Assembly: GCA_045837725.1 (NCBI GenBank)
Contig: JBEWZL010000188.1
Coordinates: forward strand, 1-64,000
Direction of reading: 5' to 3'
Length of the DNA stretch: 64,000 nt
DNA from: Vermamoeba vermiformis
Lineage: Eukaryota
Shown: positions 1 through 8,761 of the stretch, one piece after another
How positions within the stretch are numbered: position 1 is the stretch's first letter
How the letters are laid out: each line of letters starts with the position of its first letter
Position numbers and translations under genes: made by a program
Notes under the pieces: generated by a model
The model's database searches: none
Told to the model about the DNA's origin: nothing
What the model saw: only the letters and a program-made list of their open reading frames with translations

Positions 1-23
1 TGGCAAGATCCACGAGTCTCAGC
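1..23 (+). repeat. Left terminal inverted repeat (possibly truncated by the window start)
   Basis: 22/23 identity to the reverse complement of 5202-5224. Confidence 0.8.
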
Positions 24-217
24 TTATGAGAAATTGCAATATGTAACCAGAACAAGAGGAAAACTGCAAAAGTTTAACAAAAATAAAGGCATTCGATGAT
101 GAAACAGCAAAATTTAAACATAAAAGGAGTACAAAAATAAATTCTAAGAATACCAATTTATTTAGTTAGTAGAGCAAAAACCTTCGAACAAGGATAAAAA
201 GATCTACAAAAAGGTGC

Positions 218-2945
218 TTACTCATCTTCATCTGTTAAAACAAATCGACGGACTGGTGACATTTGCCTGTCTTCCGCAACACCAACATCAGCTTCAGAAT
301 CATTGTTGTTGTTGTTGAATTTTGGCATTGGTGTGGTACCTCGGACACTTGGAGTAACAGGCAACAAAGGCTCATCAAAGGCGTCTGGCAAAAAAGCTTT
401 GGCTGGAGTGCTTGGCTGATGCACTGTCCCCTCAGGTGCAGCAAGAGAGGACACAGCAAGGGCAGCAGAGACAGCTAGAGCAGCTTGGGGGTCTTCGACA
501 GAGCGACTCAAAACTCGGCAAACGTGGGCTTTAATCTTGTTCTTCAGTGGGCCGTTGGTGATGTAGCCCACGTAGCTGCGGCTTGATAGGGCAGCAGCAA
601 TGTAACCGGTCTGTAAATGAGTTAGTAAAGCAACGTGAAGGTTACAACACGACATACACCAGAGAAGTTGTTGAGCTCCAAAATAACACCATCAGTAGGA
701 GTGTACACAGAGAAGATGAAAGACAGAACCTGGACTGGAGGTTGGCGTGGAAACAACGCAGTTGAGGTCAAACTGAGCTTTTCACGAAGCATCTCATAAG
801 CAGGAGGTGTTTTAAAGACACCATGCTGCCAATTTGGGTTGTAATGCCCATGCTTGACCCAGACACCACCAGTGGAATTAAAACATGGAGCGTTGCCATC
901 ACGGAGTCGCAAGAAGTAGAAATCCCAGGTGGTTTGAACGGGATTAATGCCAGTGAAGGACTTAACAGGAGGGGCGCTCAGGCATGCAGTGTATTTGAAC
1001 TCGAACACCAAAGGATTCTGTGGTTGAGAAAGCGAGTGAAAAATTGAATACGCTGCACTCGGATCTGCAAGAACAACCAGGCGAGAAGCAAGATGCATGC
1101 ATTTGAGTATTGGCTGCAGCAAGGAGTTGCGGAATTGCTCAGCAGTTTCAAGCACTAAGAAAATAAGATCCTCTTTGAGTTGCAGCTGAATGTGAGAGAA
1201 GGAGTTCACCACTCGGAAATGCGGGTCAAAGTGCTTTTCAACATTAGCCACTAGTTCTTTGCGGAAGGGAACATCCTCGTCCACGTCACTCTCGGATTCA
1301 TCATTGCCAGGCACAGTAATGACAGCGCCTTCGTTGTCGTCCTTCTTCTGCGAAACATAATGAGAAAAAGAAAAACGCGTGGCGCGTTTTTGGTGACTTA
1401 CATTCGGGCGTGACTTTTTTTGAGGTGGTTCTGCATCTGCAGGTGCAGCAGGGTCCCTGTCACGCTTTCTGGATTCCTTTTCTGGAACCGGGAGATCAAC
1501 AGGCAAGCGTTCTTTCTGAACCTTATCTGCAGCTTTTGTGTTCTTTGACGCAGTTGGCGACTTCTGAGACAAGTCAGATTGGTGGTGGCAAAAACGCGTG
1601 GCGCGTTTTTACAGGTACTTACTAGGACTGTTTTGGTTGTTGCAACTGCTTTGACTTTCACGTTCTTGACAGCCACCGAGGCGTTCAAATCTTTGATGAA
1701 GGCTTGCATTGCGGCATTCTCCAAGTCATTTGCTGTAGCAGTCTCCAACGCTTCAAAAGTTCCAGCTTGGATTGCTTCCACATAGTCTTCCAGAAGATCA
1801 GCATTGGGTGCCTGTTTCCTGACATAATCAACCATTGAAACAATGTGCGCTTGACGAGCAACGATACCAGAAAATTCTGAAAATGATTAGATATGAAAAA
1901 CGCGCCACGCGTTTTTGCTTACCAGTCAAACTTGCTTTGTAGTCGTTTTTTACTGCCCAATTTACAAACTCCTCAATAGCTGTTAGTTTGTACATATCGT
2001 CCAACTTCCAGAATGCTTTGTTCTCAGTGACGCAGGATAGCTTCATCGGGTTTTTGTAGCCATACTTCAAATGCAACTCTTTGAGTTTGTTGTAAACCGC
2101 GTTTTTGGTGATGTCATCAGCTCCTTTGTTTGTTAGCTTGTTGTATGCAGTGTACAACTTCTTGGCCGAGTCCAAAGCAAGCCCATCTCGTTTTCCCTGG
2201 AGAACGCGTTAGGTGGAATTATCACTTTCAATATTGGTACTTACAGATAACTGGTGAATGCGCTCCCAGTTTACCGTCACCTTTTTACCCTTCGCTTTTG
2301 TTCGGACACCAGGCATTTCGAGGTACCGAATGAGCTTCTGCAGGTACTCGAACCAAGGGGCTTTGGCAGTACCATCTTGTGCTTTGGCATTATTAGCACC
2401 GGCAAGAACCTCTCGTTCTTCTTCAGACATGGCAACACCATTGAGGGAAGCTTTCAAAATGAGGCACGGCCATTCTTCGATATCACTACAACATGTTAGC
2501 ATAAGCAAAAACGCGTCACGCGTTTTTACTCACTGGCTTTGGAAAACTTCAAAACGGTGATTTCCGCCAAGAATTAGGTACTCCGGCTTCTTGTCTTTGT
2601 TAACTTTTTCTTCTTCTGGAAGCTCCTGTAACAGAAAAGGCTCGCTGTAATCCAGGCCTTTGTCGAAGTTTCCGCCACCCATTTTAGTGATTTGTTGTTC
2701 GATGGTTTTTTTGCCTTCTTCCGTCACCAAACGGTAGTTTCCTGCGTAGTGGTTAGTAAAAACGCGCCACGCGTTTTTGCTCCCGTACCTCGTTTTGTCA
2801 TTTGTGCCAGTAGAACATTGTGTGGCTTATCGAACTTAAGCCATTTCTGGAGCAGTTCTACAGGCTTTTCAATGTTTACGAGCTCCTTCTCCTCGTCTTT
2901 TTCCTCCTGTTTCTTGGAGGCATTTCTTCTATTTGTGTTGCTCAT
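218..2945 (-). CDS. Transposon partner protein, 792 aa: ParB/Srx-like N-terminal domain, low-complexity linker, degenerate N4/N6 DNA-methyltransferase-like domain
   Basis: Eight exons (2945-2789, 2741-2534, 2485-2245, 2196-1923, 1876-1623, 1563-1402, 1347-658, 610-218) joined by GT-AG introns give an open 2379-nt frame. ParB-like motif: YLILGGNHRFEVFQSHDIEEWPCLIL. MTase-like motif: RQPPVQVLSFIFSVYTPTDGVILELNNFSGTGYIAAALSSRSYVGY. Confidence 0.8.
1371..1391. repeat. 21-bp palindrome copy inside intron 1348-1401 (minus-strand gene)
   Basis: AAAAACGCG-TGG-CGCGTTTTT; the intron reads GTAAGT...TTCGCAG on the minus strand. Confidence 0.95.
1590..1610. repeat. 21-bp palindrome copy inside intron 1564-1622
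   Basis: AAAAACGCG-TGG-CGCGTTTTT; the intron reads GTAAGT...TCTCAG on the minus strand. Confidence 0.95.
1896..1916. repeat. 21-bp palindrome copy inside intron 1877-1922
   Basis: AAAAACGCG-CCA-CGCGTTTTT; the intron reads GTAAGC...CTAAT...TTTCAG on the minus strand. Confidence 0.95.
2507..2527. repeat. 21-bp palindrome copy inside intron 2486-2533
   Basis: AAAAACGCG-TCA-CGCGTTTTT; the intron reads GTGAGT...CTAAC...TGTAG on the minus strand. Confidence 0.95.
2758..2778. repeat. 21-bp palindrome copy inside intron 2742-2788
   Basis: AAAAACGCG-CCA-CGCGTTTTT; the intron reads GTACGG...CTAAC...CGCAG on the minus strand. Confidence 0.95.
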
Positions 2946-3088
2946 GTTTGAAGGTAATGAATAATGAGCGCAGAAAATTTTTTTGTTGTCGACGGTTTGA
3001 CTAAATGTTGACCGTTGACCAAATGTTGACCAGGTCAAAAAGGAAAAACGCGCCACGCGTTTTTGCTATTTATTTAATCACAACAACA
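2946..3088. promoter_or_regulatory. 143-bp divergent promoter region containing one palindrome copy (3044-3064) and GTTGACC direct repeats
   Basis: Lies between the two head-to-head ATGs (2945 on minus, 3089 on plus). Contains AAATGTTGACC twice and AAAAACGCG-CCA-CGCGTTTTT. Confidence 0.65.
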
Positions 3089-5123
3089 ATGGACACACCT
3101 CTTCTTAATGTGGTTCTTGCTCTACCACCCCACGAAATCGAGCCCGCTATTTTGGAAGTTTTGCAGCATCAACAAGTTACTCTGCACTTACGTGTTCTGA
3201 AACATGCTTCAGTCCAGCATGCTCTGCTATCCAATTATGGTAGATCCCTGCAGATTGCGGCTAGCAGTGAACGCACTTCGGGTTTTTTCCGTGGATCTTT
3301 GTCCTCAATGCTTCACGCTTCAATTGACAAGGCAGCAGTTGCTTCACTGCTTAACGTTTCACCAAGCAGTGTTTCTCGTGCTCTTGCCAAATCAAATGAA
3401 CGATATCACACTGCAATGATGACTGGCATTCACAACAAGTTTGCTTCCCCAACGAAGTACAAAGTTAGTCGCCTTCCAGTGGCCACCTCCATTGTAACTG
3501 ATTGGATCATTTCACACTGTCGACCTTCTGCAAACTCAGCCAATGTAGTTCGCAATCGCAATGCTGATGGCACATGGTCTTATGAAATAATGCACTATCG
3601 CAATGAGTCAATTGCAGAGCTGTTCACCAAGTACAAGGTATGTACCAAAAACGCGTGGCGCGTTTTCTAACACCCTTCAGGTGCAACATCATGCAGATGC
3701 TGTCGGCAAATCTACATTCTATTCTCTTGTGCCCAAATGTGTTTATCTTCAGCCCTACTATTCTGGTCTCTGCCCAACCTGCGCATCGGATAAACATTGG
3801 CAGATGATGCTTTCTCGAAACAGGCGATCATGGCACGCCGACTGCCACTGCCAGTGCACCTACTGCACAGTTTGCAATCATGCGCCATTATGCCCTTCTG
3901 ATTGTGTTTGCAAGGGTGATGAGTGTCCTATTGAAATGTCAAATATTCCACAACAATGGATTGTCCCTCAGGCCAGCAAAGCTCTGCACAATGACCGTGA
4001 CAAGCATGCCCCAAATCAAATGGTTCATGTATGGCAGCAAGGCACACGGCGCCAGTTCATGGAGAATTGCAGTCTTGTTGCTGAAAGGTGCACTGATCAC
4101 AAGCTTCATGTTTCTTGGCAAAAGCAAATTGTTTCAACACTTAAGAAGAAGCTTCCTTGGAACACTGTAATGATGCGCTGGGATTTCTTAATGAACTATT
4201 CCCATGTTAGCTCGGTTGAAGTGGGCAATGCTTTCTATGGGCGCCGGCAGTCTACTGTTCTAATTGCCACTGTCTGGTATCATGGACCTGACAGTACACC
4301 AGACTCACCAAAAATCACTAAAACCTACCATGCATTTGTCAGCCCTTACCTGTCCCATTCTTCTTTGGTTTTTCAAAAAGCGTTTGCTGCACTACTTCCA
4401 CAATTGGATTTGAACACAGATGTTGTCAACTGCATCATTCTCTCTGATGGAGGCATGCAGCATTTTAAAAACAGAATATCAATGCATTGGGGAACAACTG
4501 TCTTCAACAAGTTCAATATCCGCTTACGTTGGATAATTGACCCTGCTTACCATGGCAAGGGTGAATGTGATGGCCGTGGTGCTAAGCTGAAAAAGAAAGC
4601 TAAAATTCACGTTCTCAAAGAAGATGGTTTCCTTGATACTCCAGAACAGCTAGCCAATTACTGGAATACAGTGCCTGGTGGCACTTCGTCGTTTCTCAAC
4701 ATAGACTGGGAGGATACAGAACAGGATGTGCAAACGATAAATGGCATTAAAGCCTGCTACGACTTCTGCTTCTCACGCAATGAAACTCAGTTGTACATGA
4801 GGAAATGGCCTTGTGTGTGCACTGACTGCCTCGACTTTAACTTTGGCAGTTGCAAGCGAAGTGCTCAAGTAGGAGAATGGTTGTTTCGTCAGACAAAGCC
4901 AACCACTGTAAATCACCCAAAAGGACTCAACCCTCCTGTTGTTGTGCAAGAAGAAGTAGAACACTGTGAGGTGGAGAAAATCGTCGGTAAACGTACGTTC
5001 AAAGACAAAGTGCAGTATCAGATTAAGTGGCTTGGCTTCACAGAAGACTACAATGAATGGAAGTACGAAGATGAAATGGATTGCGAAGACCTTGTTCTTG
5101 CTTTTGAAAACGATCACAAATAA
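3089..5123 (+). CDS. DDD-type transposase (Sola-like), 663 aa, with N-terminal HTH, Cys-rich regions and C-terminal chromodomain
   Basis: Exons 3089-3637 and 3681-5123 (43-nt intron GTATGT...CTAAC...CAG, phase 0). Putative catalytic Asp motifs: RWDFLMNY, ILSDGGMQHFKN, HGKGECDGRG. HTH-like KAAVASLLNVSPSSVSRAL. Chromodomain EVEKIVGKR...YQIKWLGFTEDYNEW. Confidence 0.85.
3647..3666. repeat. Palindrome copy inside the single transposase intron 3638-3680
   Basis: AAAAACGCG-TGG-CGCGTTTT, followed directly by the CTAAC branch point. Confidence 0.95.
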
Positions 5124-5201
5124 AAATGCAACCCTTTTATTTTTGTACAATAATTGCAATTTCAACACAAAAATAAATTCTTGTAAATATTGCCTGTTTT
5201 G

Positions 5202-5224
5202 GCTGAGACTCATGGATCTTGCCA
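5202..5224 (-). repeat. Right terminal inverted repeat
   Basis: GCTGAGACTCATGGATCTTGCCA is the inverted copy of 1-23 and lies 78 bp after the transposase stop. Confidence 0.8.
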
Positions 5225-5422
5225 TATTCTTCAGTATAAAATGCTTATGTAATAATAAATAAGGTTGATTGGTGCTTCAGAACAACGTAAGCGAAACCGA
5301 GCTGATCAACTGATTGAAGAGATCAACGAGCCATATAAAAACAATAGTATTAATCAATATAGTACAAAGAGGTGCTAATAACACAATACGTCATCAGCTA
5401 TTAGGGTCAAAGTTTGGTCAAG

Positions 5423-6927
5423 TTAGTGAGTTCCATTGCCCTCGCGCATCTGTCCTTCTTCAATGTTCAAAATGAACTCTTGCAATTTAGCAATATATTG
5501 ATCGGTATAATCTGACTCGATATCGTTGTGACCGGCACCTTCAATCCACAGATTATATTTGTTTTCGTGCTTAATTCCGTTGAACAATTTCTGTAGCAGA
5601 TCCAAAAATTAATACTTCGTCTATAATATATTAGTATATATATATATACCTTGCCGTGCGATGAGTCGATGACTTGATCCTTAGTGCCGTGGATGATTAA
5701 TGTGGGACATTTGATTTTGCCAATTTTGTCGATGTTAGGAAAGATGTCCATAGGCAAGGTAATTAAAGTGTTTCTAACCACTCGAATAGCCTATAATAAT
5801 ATTAATATGATGGCACGTGTGCGATATTAATGGACTTACCGAACATAATCCGCTTTGTAAGATCAATCCACCGACTTCGTTTTTGTACGCGAGATCCGTT
5901 GCTGAACCACTGCCCAAACTTCGTCCAAAACTGTACAAATCATATTAATATGTTTATATATAAGAGGGATAGTCCCGAGATGGCAATTTAATTAATTTAG
6001 ATGGCAAGGAAAATGTTCGGCGGATCGAAGCAAAATTATTTGTCGCCAAAGAAAGCGCATATTTGCATCAAAATAATATAATAAGCAATACTTACGAGAT
6101 AATGTCTTTAGGAGCCACTTGGCGCTCAGTAGTTAAGTAGTTGTAAACGGATTGGATGCTCGCGTAACAGTAGGCTTCTTTAGGAACAATAGGCGTCGTG
6201 TGATCCTTCTCTGTTAAGCGAGACTCGCCGTATCCACTGTATTCCCAAGCGATTATATTAATCTGTATTAATAGAAGTGAGTTTTTGATGTTTGCGTAAA
6301 GTTTCGGATTTGGCGGTTGTGCCGAATACTTGGTTTGGCAATATTAATCCAAGCAAAGAATAGACTATAAGAACGTACAATAAAGTTAACAATAATAAGC
6401 TTAAAAGAATTGAAATAATTATTCCGGTTGGTTATTGTTGAAATCAGATTCTGTAACAACTGTCTTGATCGTGTACTTACGTTGAGCATTTTGCTTAATT
6501 GACGAATCCATGGCTCTAATTGAATTATATCCTCAGCATTTCCGTGCGAATAGACCATATATTTCGACCTGTCAATTCAGAAAAATAAAAATTAATTCAT
6601 TCGATCTCGTGCCGATAACCATATTTTTGATTTTCGAAATAATATCATTATAAGAACAATATTACAGGAATATTATTGAAAAATAGCGGTTACAAATCGT
6701 TGCAAATTAAATGGAATTGCAACGTTGCAGATGTAGCTTAAAATACCAATAAAGAAGCGAATATTATTAAATTATTAATAATCTACTTACGAATAATTAG
6801 TTTGTGCTAATACGCAAGGGAAATGATGGCCGTATTTATTTGTAAGCCAGATCCAGTCTTCTCGTTTTGTTGCCGATCGTCTTCTAACAGGAGGAAGGAA
6901 TGCGAACTTTTCAACGATACCGCCCAT
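5423..6927 (-). CDS. ABHD17: Alpha/beta hydrolase, ABHD17-like depalmitoylase (multi-exon)
   Basis: [28 protein letters not shown] nucleophile elbow, [16 protein letters not shown]. Confidence 0.85.
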
Positions 6928-7303
6928 AATTACAGTATTATACTAGTGTTTCAATATTGTCGAGTGAATTGATTTGTGTTCACACCTAACCGTTTCAGTT
7001 TTATCGGGCTAAATGTCCCTGACGGCTTTGCGCGACTTTTATTTGAAATATGCAACGCGCAAATAGCACAAATGCACCTGGAATTCCATTTTGTAGCAAA
7101 GGGGACATTTTAAAGCACGGTTTAACCAATGCTAAGTCTGTAACGAATCCGATGTGCTGCATCTCTTGCCAACAGTAGATTGGATCCAAAATGATTCCTA
7201 CAATTTTCTATTGAGACAAAATGTGTCATAGAGCTTCGTGGGTTCACAAGGAGTCCCTTAGCCAAAACGGCTGAAGAAATGATTTTTCACTAATTATCTC
7301 ACA

Positions 7304-8503
7304 ATGAAGAGGAAAATGGAGGTAAAATTTAAATGATAATAGTTGTAATAATCTAATAGCGGTTCACATCATCAGAGCGCAGAAAGTGAAGTAGATCGCG
7401 CTTCAAAAAGGTTCAAACCGGAAATATCCCTTGCCGAGTCGGTAGTACCATTGGATCTGCTCCAAATTATTATAAAGTATGCTTGTCAACACGACGGTAG
7501 GACAGCCGTTGCCTTATTACGAGCAGGACAATTATTCGAAGAAATTTTGGATGGCGCAGCTTGGAAATCGCTCTACGCCTTCCGTTGGCCTAAAAGTATT
7601 AACATCAATGGTATGAATTCTGAGAAACACTAAATGTAATTTAAAGAATCAATAACGTTACTGATTTCTTTTTATTTTTCAGGTACGATCGACGCCACTC
7701 CAAGTGACTACGCGTCAGAGCAGTTTTATCATCAAAAAGACGCATGGAAGAACAGATATAAGTTTAGAGCTCGGCTGGAAAGCGAAGGAAAAAAACAAAC
7801 GATCTTTAATCCAAAAAAAATTGCGTGGGCACGATTGAAAGTGGATTTAATAGCCGTGTATCAAACACCAATAGATCACGATCAATATTATGGTGATTTA
7901 GAGAAGATTGACGCGTACTATTATGTGTCGAAGTCGATCCCGGAAAAAGACCGGATCATACCTTCTCCAGGGCAACAATATGCTTTACAAGAACGGGGCA
8001 ACCCTTTTCAAGCAGTAATAATAGGTGACACTGGTGTGCCTGTTAAGATTCGCGTTGAAACAAGCTTTAGTGGTGGAAACAACGTTCCAAAATTCGATTG
8101 CAATCTGAGAGTTTTGGCTTTCAACGAGAAAACTCAATTGTGGAACGTAAGTAGTGATCAATATTAATATCAATCCAGTCTTCTTGAAAATTTCTGAGTT
8201 TGTAAGCTCACATCCGCCAGATTCACATTTTTGACTAATAATTCTTCATTAACCAAACAGTTTTTTACCTAGGTAATCGCTGCACACTACGCAAACTATT
8301 ATGTTGAGGAAGATAATATTCACTACTATTGTCCTTACCTTCCAGCTGTTACGGATACACTATTGAAGGAACAACACAAACGTTTATTCATTTCTGGGGA
8401 CCTGTATCGATTGTTAGTCGTTGCTGCTGGTGTAGAAGAGAGATATGAAGATGCAAATACTGACAGTCATATCGATCTTGACAAGTACGAGTTGAACAAA
8501 TGA
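7304..8503 (+). CDS. Hypothetical protein with an F-box-like N-terminal segment (multi-exon)
   Basis: VPLDLLQIIIKY...AAWKSLYAFRWP pattern; exon-like ORFs flanked by GT-AG sites. Confidence 0.5.
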
Positions 8504-8550
8504 TTTATTACACTAATTAAAAGATTGTTTATTTAAATATTTTTGTTTTG

Positions 8551-8564
8551 TTTTTTTTTTTTTT

Positions 8565-8633
<69 letters not shown>
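8551..8633. repeat. Poly(T) tract of about 70 nt directly followed by poly(A)13
   Basis: Direct reading; lies between two convergent 3' ends. Confidence 0.9.
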
Positions 8634-8761
8634 TCAGATCTGTTCTGCCACCTTGATCTAAATTGGCGTTTGTTTGCTGATTATTGTAATTTGAGTTTAA
8701 TATAGTAAATATAGTAATTTGAGTTTCATGTAGTAAATAGATGTTTGAAATTCCCCTTGAT

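Larger units (their letters stand above)
1..5224. mobile_element. Two-gene cut-and-paste DNA transposon (DDD transposase, Sola-like); left end at or beyond the window edge
   Basis: Bases 1-23 (TGGCAAGATCCACGAGTCTCAGC) match the reverse complement of 5202-5224 with one mismatch. The repeats enclose a transposase gene and a divergent partner gene. An internal palindrome is repeated and was not seen elsewhere in the window. Confidence 0.85.

Noticed and set aside
218..3056. Seven separate small minus-strand ORFs, or a frameshifted pseudogene
   Set aside because: All pieces join into one open 792-codon frame through canonical GT-AG introns.
1371..3666. Repeated palindromes read as a CRISPR array
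   Set aside because: Spacing is 200-600 bp, the intervening DNA is coding exon, no cas genes are present, and the context is eukaryotic.
1371..3666. Hairpin plus T-run read as rho-independent terminators
   Set aside because: They sit inside spliceosomal introns of intact eukaryotic genes, and the A and T arms are part of the palindrome itself.
1398..3670. Recurring peptides KNAPRVF / KTRGAF / KRATRF in the ORF track as a protein repeat
   Set aside because: They are translations of the intronic DNA palindrome in various frames and are removed by splicing.
1348..3680. Introns as recent introner insertions
   Set aside because: Only the 21-bp core is shared. Intron ends and lengths differ, no TSDs were seen, and one copy is not in an intron. 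An ancient introner origin cannot be fully excluded.
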